A stretch of DNA of 64,000 nucleotides from an uncultured Candidatus Saccharibacteria bacterium (GTDB taxonomy: Bacteria; Patescibacteriota; Dojkabacteria; J137): assembly GCA_965230975.1 (NCBI GenBank), contig OZ246402.1:573009-637008 (forward strand). Direction: 5' to 3'. Below, piece after piece: positions 18,622-28,007 of the stretch. Position 1 is the first letter of the stretch; the number at the start of each line of letters is the position of its first letter. The notes beneath the pieces were generated by a model. It searched no databases. It worked only from the letters and a program-made list of their open reading frames with translations, and was not told the origin of the DNA. Both the position numbers and the translations under genes were made by a program.

Positions 18622-19083
18622 ATGAATATTACTTGCGGGCTATTGATTTATAAAATAATTCCTAAATTACAAGTATTTTTGGTTCACCCTGGTGGCCCGT
18701 TTTGGAGCAAAAAAGATATTGGGGTTTGGAGCATTCCTAAAGGGGTAGCAGAAATTGGTGAATCTTTTGAAAGTGCTGCAATTAGAGAATTTCAAGAAGA
18801 AACAGGTTTTGATTTAGTTGTAGATTTAAAAGATCTATTGCCTTTAGGTGAGCAAAAATTACATGTTAGCAAGCTTATGCATTGCTTTGCTTTAGAAAAA
18901 GATATAGGTAATATAAAAGTTAAAAGTAACTTGTTTGAAATGGAGTGGCCATTTAAAAGTGGTAAATTTGAAAAATTTTCTGAAACAGATAAGGGTGAGT
19001 ATTTTGAGATTGAAGTAGCAAAAGAAAAGTTGAATCCAAAACAAGTAGTATTTTTAGATCGGTTAGAAAAATTATTAAATTAA
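18622..19083 (+). CDS. NUDIX hydrolase
   Basis: NUDIX box GVAEIGESFESAAIREFQEETG. Confidence 0.8.
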   Translation: MNITCGLLIYKIIPKLQVFLVHPGGPFWSKKDIGVWSIPKGVAEIGESFESAAIREFQEETGFDLVVDLKDLLPLGEQKLHVSKLMHCFALEKDIGNIKVKSNLFEMEWPFKSGKFEKFSETDKGEYFEIEVAKEKLNPKQVVFLDRLEKLLN

Positions 19084-19095
19084 AATATTATAAAA

Positions 19096-19126
19096 AACCC
19101 CTCAATAAAAAGTTTATTGAGGGGTT
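19096..19126. terminator. bidirectional intrinsic terminator hairpin
   Basis: 14-bp stem AACCCCTCAATAAA/TTTATTGAGGGGTT between convergent genes. Confidence 0.7.
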
Positions 19127-19144
19127 AACTTTTGTTTATAAAAG

Positions 19145-20401
19145 CTATTTTCTAGAATTAGATGAATAAGCTACATAACCTCCAGCTGCAAGTAATATAA
19201 CTAATAAGATTAATAAAATAATCCACCAGTTAATTGCCTGTGCAATGTTGTTATTATAAACCGCAAAGTTTACGCTATCGTTTCCGTTAGAGCTTATTAA
19301 TTCAAATTCAAAAGTATCGTTTCCACCTAGTGTTACATTAGATGATAAGTCACTTTTTTCAATTCTTATAAAATATTTTCCTGGGCATAACTCTGTTTCC
19401 CAGAATCCAATTCTATTAGATTTTACTTTTACAACTTCTACCTCTTTTTCTTCTTGGTCTTTAACAAATATTGTTAAATTAATATCTTGAATTCCCTCTT
19501 CTGCATTCTCTTTTACATTGTTTCTATTTATATCTATAAATACAAAACCTGAAGCCTTTGATCTTTCTAAACAATTAGATGCACTAGTATTTTCTTGTGT
19601 ATCTTGATTAGTATTATTTTCGGTTTGGTTATTTGTATTTTGTGTGTTTGTAGTTTGAGCAGAGTCAATTCTTGGAGCTTGTCCTGAGACAACGATTAAA
19701 ACTGATGCTGTTGCAACATCACCATTTTGGTCAGTAACATTTACTCCGCAAAAGTATTGTCCTGCGGAAAGTGTAATATTATTGCTATTTGCAAGTTCAT
19801 CTGATGTGGTTTGTAAACCGTTGCAAACACCGGTGTATTGATATGTGTAAGGAGTATTACCAGGATTGTTAATATGTGCAAAAACTTTAAATGTTGTATT
19901 TTCGTTTACGTAGATTGTGCCACTGTCGTTAGTTACAGGTGGTACATTACCATATAAAACTACTGTTGGTATAAGGTTGTTTACAACAGGAGGTTCTGGT
20001 TGTGGAGCAGGTGCAGGTTCTATTGTAAAAGTACCATAAGCAAATGCAGATGACTCACTCCAATCCCATACCATTACCATACATTCATGAGTACCAACTT
20101 CTGTTAAAACCAAAGTATCTGTCTCACTAGTTTCTCCGGTTTCGCATAACCAATCGTATGTTAATTCGCCTTCTGGGTATGCATTTTGAACAACCGCAGT
20201 TAATGTGATTGTGCTTGGATAAGTAACAGTTGGTGAAGGAGTAGCAATAATCCCTACACTTAATTCGGGAACTTCCGGTTCGCCTTCGTATTCTTGTGCT
20301 TTAACTACATTTGATTTGAATGTAATTAACAAAGCAAATAGAACCCCAAGGAGTATTGGAAGCTTGAATGCTAGAGCCTTTAAAGAAGACTTACTAAACA
20401 T
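19145..20401 (-). CDS. secreted, C-terminally membrane-anchored surface protein with Ig-like repeats
   Basis: 418-aa ORF with an N-terminal signal-like helix, beta-rich repeats, an Asn/Thr/Gln-rich linker, an SdrD-B/Cna-B-like segment and a C-terminal hydrophobic helix followed by SNSRK. Confidence 0.6.
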   Translation of the reverse strand: MFSKSSLKALAFKLPILLGVLFALLITFKSNVVKAQEYEGEPEVPELSVGIIATPSPTVTYPSTITLTAVVQNAYPEGELTYDWLCETGETSETDTLVLTEVGTHECMVMVWDWSESSAFAYGTFTIEPAPAPQPEPPVVNNLIPTVVLYGNVPPVTNDSGTIYVNENTTFKVFAHINNPGNTPYTYQYTGVCNGLQTTSDELANSNNITLSAGQYFCGVNVTDQNGDVATASVLIVVSGQAPRIDSAQTTNTQNTNNQTENNTNQDTQENTSASNCLERSKASGFVFIDINRNNVKENAEEGIQDINLTIFVKDQEEKEVEVVKVKSNRIGFWETELCPGKYFIRIEKSDLSSNVTLGGNDTFEFELISSNGNDSVNFAVYNNNIAQAINWWIILLILLVILLAAGGYVAYSSNSRK

Positions 20402-20507
20402 AGTAGCTTGTATGTAACAAATATAATAAAGCGATTCTACTATGCAAAGTTATTTTTTCGCAATAATCCTATAGCACGGGAATATAATTACCTGTTAAAA
20501 AGCTTTG

Positions 20508-21677
20508 CTAGCTTACATATAGCAATATACTTTTTAAGTAATCTACTTCGTTGTGGTTAATATTTATTGGATGGTCAAAAGCCAATCTTTGTTTATGTAT
20601 TATTTTTATATCTCTTTTTGCGTCTCTAGCTGCTCTTAAAACGATCTCTTCGTGCATTTCGCGGCTTACATGGTAAGAGCAAGAACATGTTAGTAAAAAG
20701 CTTCCTGCTGGCATTTTGCTTAATGCTAATCTGTTAATTTCTCCATAACCTCGTTTTGCACCTTCTATATCTTCTTTCTTTTTTGCAAATGCTGGTGGGT
20801 CTAAGATTATAAATGAATATTGTAGTGGGTCGTTTCGCAAAAATTCAAATACGTCTTGTGCTATAAATTTGTGATTGTTGCCTGTGTAGCCGTTTAATTC
20901 AAAGTTTTTGCTTGCGTAATCTACTGCGTCTGGGTCTATGTCTATAGATGTTGTTGTTTTTGCTCCATTTCTTGCTGCATATAAAGAGAATCCTCCCGTG
21001 TAGCTAAAGCAGTTTAGTAGGTCTTGGCCTTTAGAAAATTCTCCTACTAAGTGTCGCATTTCTCTCATGTCTAAGAATAGTCCGGTTTTTTGTGCTTTTA
21101 AAAAGTCTATTGTAAATTTTATTTTGTTTTCTAAGACTTCTGTGTCGCCGTTTAATTCTCCGTATAGTATGCCTTCAAAGTTTTCTAGTCCGTCTTTTCT
21201 TCTGGCAGACATGTTTGATTTTTCATATATGCATTTTGGGTTGTAGATTGCTTTTAGTTCTTCTACTACAATTGGTTTTAATTGTTCCATTCCAATTGTT
21301 GCTATTTGGATTACTATTACGTCTCCATATTTATCTACTATTAGTCCTGGTATAAAGTCTCCTTCTCCGTTTATTACACGGTATGTGTTTGTTTCTTTTT
21401 CGTTAAAGATTTTTTTTCGCATTTCTGCGGCTTTTCTTATGTTTTGTTTTAGTGATTCTATTGGGTCTTGGGTGCTAAAGTTTAGCATTCTGATTGCGAT
21501 TACAGTGTCGTTGTTGTAGTAGCCGTGTCCGAGTATTTCGTTGTTGCCACTTACGACTTGGACTATTTGTCCGTTTTGAGCGTTGGGTTTTCGGGCAATT
21601 GCTCCGTTAAATATCCAGTGATGCCTGTGTTTTATTGGCATTTCTTTACCTTGTTGCAAAAAGACTTTTTGATACAT
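20508..21677 (-). CDS. class I SAM-dependent rRNA methyltransferase (RlmI-like, PUA + MTase)
   Basis: 389-aa ORF; SAM-binding LNCFSYTGGFS, ILDPPAF motif, RlmI-like length. Confidence 0.75.
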   Translation of the reverse strand: MYQKVFLQQGKEMPIKHRHHWIFNGAIARKPNAQNGQIVQVVSGNNEILGHGYYNNDTVIAIRMLNFSTQDPIESLKQNIRKAAEMRKKIFNEKETNTYRVINGEGDFIPGLIVDKYGDVIVIQIATIGMEQLKPIVVEELKAIYNPKCIYEKSNMSARRKDGLENFEGILYGELNGDTEVLENKIKFTIDFLKAQKTGLFLDMREMRHLVGEFSKGQDLLNCFSYTGGFSLYAARNGAKTTTSIDIDPDAVDYASKNFELNGYTGNNHKFIAQDVFEFLRNDPLQYSFIILDPPAFAKKKEDIEGAKRGYGEINRLALSKMPAGSFLLTCSCSYHVSREMHEEIVLRAARDAKRDIKIIHKQRLAFDHPININHNEVDYLKSILLYVS

Positions 21678-21827
21678 ACAGAAACCTATAAACGATAAAA
21701 TTGTGAGCTTAAAGCCTGGTGTATTTTAAGATAAATAAAGTATAAATGCTATAGACACTGATATGTGGCGACAAACGGCTATCCAAAATGCTATAATGCA
21801 AGCAGTATAAATTAATATAGAATTATT

Positions 21828-23486
21828 ATGCAGGATGACCCTAAAGAAAAAGGAGAAATAAGTATAGAAATGAAAATAGCATATTTCATGTCTATTTATG
21901 GCTATATAAGACAGATGGTAGCAGAAGATAATATAGTAAATGACTTCTCGTTGGATAGTGTAGCTAAAAGAATGAATTTATTGAGTATATTTAACCATTT
22001 GAGAGTGTTTATAACTAAACATAATGAATATGCAAATGAACCTGGTTTAATAGAAAAAAATTTGGAGTCTATAGGTATTACTTATTCGGCAGATAAGTCA
22101 AGGATAGAAACTATAGCTTTCGACAGAAAATCTATGAATCCTCAAGCCAGAGCTTTAATCGAATATTATGATGACAATAGCATTAGCTCAATAAGTCTAG
22201 TGTTTAATAAGGTTCATACTGCAATAGTTACTCCAGTTTATTCAGAAGAAGAGGAAATACAATCTTTTAAAGTAGAAATGTCGACAGACTATGATAGTGC
22301 CATAGGGCCTAGTATATACCCAGAAATTACAATACCGGCAGGCTCACTAGAAGAATTAATATCGTATTTTTTCCCAAGTGATGATAAAGAAGCACGAAAT
22401 TTAAAAATTGAAGAATTAAAGCAGAATAAAGAACTATTTTTAGAATTTAATGTTGATACAATAGAATCTTACAAACGAGGAATTATTTTTAATACATGGG
22501 AGGATTTAAGAGAAGCTCTAATTATTTATGGAGAGGGCAAGTTTGTAAAAAGAGGTGCTAAAAATAAATTGGACTTAGAAAATGAAGCTTTTATTGATGC
22601 CACACCACCTGAATCAGATGTGAGAGAACTAACACAAACATTTTTATCGGCAATAAGGTCTACTTCTACCGACAGCGTAAGTGATTTTGTGGATGCATAT
22701 TTCCCATTTAAAGCGAATTTTCAACCTGGCGAGGTTTATGAGCAATACTTTGATTATGGGGAAATGGGTCTTTGGTCTAACAACTTTTTTAAATCAACTA
22801 TAAAAATTACCAAGACTGAAGATGGCAGATATATTTTAGAGGCTTGGGCTGGCTCTTCTGGGGATTCTTTAGAGAAAAGATTAGCAGAATCTCTTTTGAC
22901 AGAGAGAGTTGCCCTAGATTCTACAGTTAGAGTATATTTTCCTACAATTGATAATTATTTTTGGGTTGGTGGGTTAGATAAAATTCAAACCGAGTTGGCA
23001 AAACATGGTTATGTTACACCATATCAGTTTACACATCTTATTTATACAGAAGGTATTCCTTTGGGTTTGGTTCATTCAAAAGAAAAAAATACACTTGAAT
23101 ATAATTACGTATATGATTCTAATAAAGTAATAATACCTATTGTTCGAGAAGGTCTTCCGTTTAATATAACACTTGAATTAGTTATGCCAAGAGAATGTAG
23201 GGCTGGTTATACTCTAGAACAGTCTGAAGAAGAAGGTGAAAAAAGTTATAAACCCGAGGTATATGATAACTGGACTATATCAACAGATGGAACAGATATA
23301 AATGGGACAATAATTAAATCTGGTAAGGGAGAAGTTCATTTACCGTACATTAAAATTCGAGTCTTCCCAAATATTAGGGATTTTCTTGACCAAGAAGGTG
23401 ACCCCTATTCTCAAGAAGTAGCAAGGGCACAAAGACGTATTGTGAAAGAGGTCGCTACAATAATTGCAGGAGTCAAACTTAATTAA
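21828..23486 (+). CDS. hypothetical protein
   Basis: 552-aa ORF, no recognisable motif. Confidence 0.6.
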   Translation: MQDDPKEKGEISIEMKIAYFMSIYGYIRQMVAEDNIVNDFSLDSVAKRMNLLSIFNHLRVFITKHNEYANEPGLIEKNLESIGITYSADKSRIETIAFDRKSMNPQARALIEYYDDNSISSISLVFNKVHTAIVTPVYSEEEEIQSFKVEMSTDYDSAIGPSIYPEITIPAGSLEELISYFFPSDDKEARNLKIEELKQNKELFLEFNVDTIESYKRGIIFNTWEDLREALIIYGEGKFVKRGAKNKLDLENEAFIDATPPESDVRELTQTFLSAIRSTSTDSVSDFVDAYFPFKANFQPGEVYEQYFDYGEMGLWSNNFFKSTIKITKTEDGRYILEAWAGSSGDSLEKRLAESLLTERVALDSTVRVYFPTIDNYFWVGGLDKIQTELAKHGYVTPYQFTHLIYTEGIPLGLVHSKEKNTLEYNYVYDSNKVIIPIVREGLPFNITLELVMPRECRAGYTLEQSEEEGEKSYKPEVYDNWTISTDGTDINGTIIKSGKGEVHLPYIKIRVFPNIRDFLDQEGDPYSQEVARAQRRIVKEVATIIAGVKLN

Positions 23487-23573
23487 ATTCCTTTTTGATT
23501 TTAATAGATTAACTGATTTTTATCTATCCTTAATTCTTGTTTCTTAGTAAAATCCTTTGGTTTACCAAAGTTT

Positions 23574-24371
23574 ATGTCAAGAAATCTTCGCTTTGGTGAT
23601 GGGTTTGTTATTTCTCATGTTAGCCCTGAATACAGGGCAGATATTTTTCACTCTTTAAATTCCGGTTTTATTAATAAAGATTCTTTGTTAGAGCTTCAAT
23701 CTAAGGGTCTTACCCGAATGCTTTTGACTTTGCTTGTTGTTATGGTTTTTGTTCTTTCAAGATCCGATGTTTTGGCAAGGTTTGGTGGAGATGTTCATTT
23801 GGCTGTTCAAAGTATTTTAAGTATTCAACCTTTAACTTACAGGAATCATGTTACTAATATTAGGTCTGTTTTGGGTGTTGGTTCTACTTTTGCTTTGTTT
23901 GTTTATTCTTTTTTTAGGTTGGTTAATGTTAAAGAGGGTGGTTTTCAAGATATTGATTTTGCTACATTTCAGGCTAGTCGTATTAAGATTTTGTTTGATG
24001 ATTTTAATGTTTCAGATTCTTTGGTTAGAAGTTACCTTTTGTTGGCTTTGCGTTTTGAGTGGGTTAATTGGGATAGGTATTCGGCTTTGGTAGAAGAGTT
24101 GGAGTTGGATTTTTTTGAGGAGGTTTTGTTGTGGGTTGTGCTTATTTTGCCTAATGATGAGGAGTATTGTAATTACAGGTTTATTGCTGGTGTTTTGAAT
24201 AAGTCTGAATGGTTTGTTAGTAAAAGGGTAGATGAGTTTTATAAGAAGATGAATAGGCTGGTACCGGGTAAAACCCCAGAAACAAGATCCAGCCCACTAA
24301 TGCTATTTACGGCACTACTACATTATGGAGTGTATACAGGGAATTACTTGAAGGGGGTAGGAGAAGGGTGA
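23574..24371 (+). CDS. hypothetical protein in a strongly G+T-skewed segment
   Basis: 265-aa ORF with clear period-3 T/G-ending codons. The segment is A-poor, so stop codons are rare in all plus frames and ORF length alone is weak evidence. Confidence 0.45.
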   Translation: MSRNLRFGDGFVISHVSPEYRADIFHSLNSGFINKDSLLELQSKGLTRMLLTLLVVMVFVLSRSDVLARFGGDVHLAVQSILSIQPLTYRNHVTNIRSVLGVGSTFALFVYSFFRLVNVKEGGFQDIDFATFQASRIKILFDDFNVSDSLVRSYLLLALRFEWVNWDRYSALVEELELDFFEEVLLWVVLILPNDEEYCNYRFIAGVLNKSEWFVSKRVDEFYKKMNRLVPGKTPETRSSPLMLFTALLHYGVYTGNYLKGVGEG

Positions 24372-24450
24372 TTTTTATTTCCTCTAAAGTGTCTGGAAAA
24401 ATCTTTCAAATCAATTTTATTAAATATGCAGACGGTGTCTGCAGAATTAG

Positions 24451-24524
24451 AAAATTTCAAACTGTGGGATAATTTCAAAATTCTTCAGTACAAATTTCGA
24501 AATTGTAAGGTTTTTGTAAGATTT
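24451..24524 (+). repeat. 74-nt conserved intergenic element, copy B
   Basis: About 85% identical to 7261-7334; ends 21 nt before the ATG at 24545. Confidence 0.75.
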
Positions 24525-24544
24525 GATTGGTAATATTAAGGTAT

Positions 24545-25573
24545 ATGAATACTGTGAATAATTATAACCTTGTTCTGAAAAGTATTAAGGAAAAAATAAT
24601 TGAATCCCAAAGTCGTGCTCTTAGTTCTGTTAATCGTATATTAATAGATCTATACTGGTATATAGGCAAGCTAATCGTCGAAAAACAAAGTAAAGAAGTG
24701 TGGGGTAAGTCCATTGTAGAGCAGTTATCAAAAGACTTGCAATCTGAATTCCCAGGAATAAAAGGGTTCTCGGTTAGAAATCTTTGGAATATGAGAAATT
24801 ATTATTTAAGATATAAAGATAATACAATTCTGCAGACACTGTCTGCAGAAATTTCATGGAGTAGTAATATACTGCTATTGAATAAATGTAGTAACGATAA
24901 GGAGTTGGAATTTTATTTGCAAATGACAAGATCGAATTCTTGGTCTGTAAGGGATTTGGAGTATAGACTTAGGAGTAATGAGTTTGATAATTTTATTCAG
25001 CATCAGAGCAACTTTTCTAGTACGCTTAACTTTAAAGCAAGTAGTTCGATCAAACTTAAGGACGAATATAATTTAGACTTCTTAGGTATAAGGGAAGACT
25101 TTGCAGAAAGAGATTTGGAAAGTCTTATTGTTAAGAAAATTGACGCTTTTATAAAAGAATTTGATTGCAATTTAATGTTTTCTGGTAGGCAAGTCAAACT
25201 AGAGTTTGATGAAGAAGAATTCTTTATAGATCTTCTTTTTTACCATAAACTTTTAAGGTCATATATCGTTATAGAGCTTAAAACAACTCGATTTAAACCT
25301 GAATTTGCCGGAAAGATGTCCTTCTATCTCTCGGCAGTCGAATCAAAATTGAATCAATCCGGTTACGATAACCCTGCAATCGGAATAATTTTATGCAAAG
25401 AAAAGAATAGGAATGTAGTTGATACCACTCTTAAATTTATTACTAGACCTATTGGCGTCGCAACTTTCTCTGTTTATGAAAGAAATACTCCTCTACCATC
25501 AGATATTTCAAAGTATCTACCATTAACCGAAGAGGTAGAAAATAAGCTACTTAAATTGGCAGATATTTATTAA
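24545..25573 (+). CDS. YhcG/DUF1016-type PD-(D/E)xK nuclease
   Basis: ORF is open from the TTG at 24527; the ATG at 24545 is preferred. N-terminal LYWYIGKLIVEKQ...WGKSIVEQLSKDL; nuclease core IDLLFYH...YIVIELK. Confidence 0.75.
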   Translation: MNTVNNYNLVLKSIKEKIIESQSRALSSVNRILIDLYWYIGKLIVEKQSKEVWGKSIVEQLSKDLQSEFPGIKGFSVRNLWNMRNYYLRYKDNTILQTLSAEISWSSNILLLNKCSNDKELEFYLQMTRSNSWSVRDLEYRLRSNEFDNFIQHQSNFSSTLNFKASSSIKLKDEYNLDFLGIREDFAERDLESLIVKKIDAFIKEFDCNLMFSGRQVKLEFDEEEFFIDLLFYHKLLRSYIVIELKTTRFKPEFAGKMSFYLSAVESKLNQSGYDNPAIGIILCKEKNRNVVDTTLKFITRPIGVATFSVYERNTPLPSDISKYLPLTEEVENKLLKLADIY

Positions 25574-26829
25574 TTCACCCTCAACAAGTGTTCCCAGTTA
25601 GTTGTATATTGAGGGCTGCACATCTCTTTTTTATTCCTCCACGGCTGCTTAAGCCCACTAGACGCATACTTAACAACCTCTCTACCATAAGTCGCATTCA
25701 AGTTATCAAACTGCTTCATCAAACTCATCTTCTTATTATAAGTATCATCACTCTCAAACAAATCTAGCGGAGCCTGAGAATCCGGAACCAAACCAAGCAA
25801 CATAATCGTAGCCTTCTTATACCTAAACCCAGGCTTAAAAATAGAATGCAAAGCAGCAAAACCCGTCTTAATCAAATCCGGATTATAAGCAGTAGGGCAC
25901 TTGGTAGCCACAATCGCATAGTTAAAATACTGAGGCAAATCTTTACGGTGCATATTAGTCTTAATAGACACATACACAAAACTAGCCAAAGAACCTTGCT
26001 CGCGTAATTTTTCTGACCCACGAGTAATATAACTAGAAACCGCCTCTTCTAACCCTTCTATAGTATAAACAGGTTTACCAAACGTACGGGAACTTAAAAT
26101 ATTCTTTCTAGGCGCTTTGGTTTCTAGGTTCAAACAAGGAATCTCTTTTAACTCTGTAGCGATACGTAATTCGGTAACACTAAAGTTCTTTCTAAGCCAC
26201 ATTTCGTTACAATTTTTAAACTGCAAAGCGTTGTAAATACCCAATTCGTTTAGCTTATAGCTTGTCTTTCTACCTACACCCCAAATCTCTTGTACGGGAA
26301 GATCTTTAAGAAATGCGTCCTTATCTTGGACTGAATCCCAGTAAAACACACCACTCTTTGTTTTCTTTTTTGCTACATGATTACAGATTTTTGCTAAAAC
26401 TTTTGTTGGTGCAATACCAACACTGACTGGGATTCCGGTGGATTTTAGAATATCTGTTCTCATTTTGATACCAAAATCAATATAGTCTTTTTTTATATCC
26501 AAACTATCCATTGATAAAAAACTTTCATCAATAGAGTATATTTCCATTTGTGGTACATACGAATTTAGTATACGCATAACTCTATGGGACATATCTCCAT
26601 ACAATTGAAAGTTGGCAGAGAACACCTGAACATTATGAAGTTCTACCATGTTACGTAATTCATGTATTGGAGCACCCATTGGGAGCCCAATATCTTTTGC
26701 TTCTTGAGAACGGGCAATAATGCAACCATCATTATTAGACAAAACAACAATAGGTTTGCCTATTAATTTAGGATTAAAAACTCTTTCACAAGATGCATAA
26801 AAGTTGTTACAGTCTACTAAAGCGTACAT
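25570..26829 (-). CDS. umuC: Y-family translesion DNA polymerase UmuC
   Basis: MYALVDCNNFYASCERVFNP...VVLSNNDGCIIARSQEAK closely parallels the E. coli UmuC N-terminus; 419 aa. Confidence 0.9.
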   Translation of the reverse strand: MYALVDCNNFYASCERVFNPKLIGKPIVVLSNNDGCIIARSQEAKDIGLPMGAPIHELRNMVELHNVQVFSANFQLYGDMSHRVMRILNSYVPQMEIYSIDESFLSMDSLDIKKDYIDFGIKMRTDILKSTGIPVSVGIAPTKVLAKICNHVAKKKTKSGVFYWDSVQDKDAFLKDLPVQEIWGVGRKTSYKLNELGIYNALQFKNCNEMWLRKNFSVTELRIATELKEIPCLNLETKAPRKNILSSRTFGKPVYTIEGLEEAVSSYITRGSEKLREQGSLASFVYVSIKTNMHRKDLPQYFNYAIVATKCPTAYNPDLIKTGFAALHSIFKPGFRYKKATIMLLGLVPDSQAPLDLFESDDTYNKKMSLMKQFDNLNATYGREVVKYASSGLKQPWRNKKEMCSPQYTTNWEHLLRVN

Positions 26830-26893
26830 GTTTTTTAAGTGCTATAATCCCTATTGTACAAAGTGTATACCAATAAATTTAATAAGTATTTGC

Positions 26894-27439
26894 ATGAGTT
26901 TTTTACTTGGGATAGATCCAACAAAGTTTAGGAATAGATTAAATACAGAAAAATCATTACCAGAAAGTTTTAACTTTGATGGTTTAGAAAATAGAGCATA
27001 TAAAGCATTGTTTGTATTGGTTGATAAACTTAAAACCTTCAAATAAGATTTACCTTTAGAAGAGCGAAGTGATGGATTAAGGCTTAATGGTAAATTTGCC
27101 AACTATAGAGCTATTCATTTCTTAATTCAACAATATTTACAGTTGTATATGTATGTTACTCAATTTCAAGAAAAAACCCAGGCTATATTAATTACCTCCT
27201 TTGAACCAGATTATATAGATATAAGAAATGCAATTAGCTTTATTGACTACACTCATATACCAACTAAAAGTAGAGATTCAGAATTTTATAATCACACAGT
27301 TTCTATTCAATATTTAATATTCTTAGCAGTAATGCTTTCTATGGGAGTAGATCTAAATGCTTTAAGAGAGAATCTTGTAAGCGTTATAGAAATTTTAGAG
27401 AACCCTGAAAAAAGTCCTAATATCATAGAAGAACCCTAG
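26894..27439 (+). pseudogene. hypothetical ORF interrupted by one in-frame TAA (27044-27046)
   Basis: The ORF-track entries 26804..27046 and 27143..27439 share a frame, and no other stop lies between them. The ATG at 26894 is the first start clear of umuC. Confidence 0.3.
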
Positions 27440-27446
27440 TTTCTAA

Positions 27447-27911
27447 TCAAGCCTCTTCTGTACTAATTATAGGCATCAATTGCAGTTGATTATTTTCTAA
27501 TCTAATATCTCCAGAAAAGTATAATTCCCCACTTGGCGATATTATGCCGATGTAGTGAGGTGCACAGCGAATCCCAGAATATCCACCATCAACATAAAAT
27601 ACTACAAATAAATTATTACTTTTAGTTTTGGCATAATTTTGCAGAAGTTTAGTAGCCATGTTAATCGTTACTCCTTGAGGTAAATCAATAATCTTTAAGG
27701 GGTTATCGAATGTCCCATCTCCTCTTACCGTAATATTAAAGCCACCATCTCTATCGTATAAAGAATATACTTCTTTATGTGCATACATTTCGTTTGCTAG
27801 TTTAATTGTTTCTATTGGGTCTATTTCAACTAATGGTGTATCTAATTCAACGAGTGTTCTTCGTAGGTATTCTTCTTCATATATAGTCATACCTGGAATG
27901 GAATTTGACAT
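27447..27911 (-). CDS. hypothetical protein
   Basis: 154-aa ORF. Confidence 0.55.
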   Translation of the reverse strand: MSNSIPGMTIYEEEYLRRTLVELDTPLVEIDPIETIKLANEMYAHKEVYSLYDRDGGFNITVRGDGTFDNPLKIIDLPQGVTINMATKLLQNYAKTKSNNLFVVFYVDGGYSGIRCAPHYIGIISPSGELYFSGDIRLENNQLQLMPIISTEEA

Positions 27912-28007
27912 AAACTAAATTTAAAAAATAATGTGGTGATTATAGTTAAGGTTTGAGAAATTGTTAGTGAAGTTGACTTCACTTCATCTATTCGCTAGAC
28001 TTTTGAT

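Noticed and set aside
23848-24093. 81-aa ORF overlapping 23574..24371 in another plus frame
   Set aside because: The segment is strongly A-depleted, so all three stop codons are rare and spurious ORFs open in several frames. The product is almost pure Leu/Phe/Val/Trp/Cys with no period-3 support.
24240-25570. Replication terminus or origin inferred from the switch of G/T-rich strand polarity
   Set aside because: The skew is confined to patches, and adjacent genes on both sides lack it. I saw no DnaA-box cluster or dif-like site, and only one TAATCCACA near 55480. The evidence is insufficient, so I reported it only as a compositional anomaly.
26830-26900. SOS/LexA box upstream of umuC (TTGTACAA and GTATAC mini-palindromes at about 26855-26872)
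   Set aside because: It matches neither CTGT-N8-ACAG nor CGAAC-N4-GTTCG. The same sequence is not found upstream of the umuD-containing operon. Short AT-rich palindromes are expected by chance.
26851-27102. 83-aa minus-strand ORF in the umuC upstream region
   Set aside because: It overlaps the plus-strand same-frame ORF pair, whose translation looks more protein-like. It has no motif, and its position would place it inside the umuC promoter region. It is kept only as an alternative mentioned in the findings.
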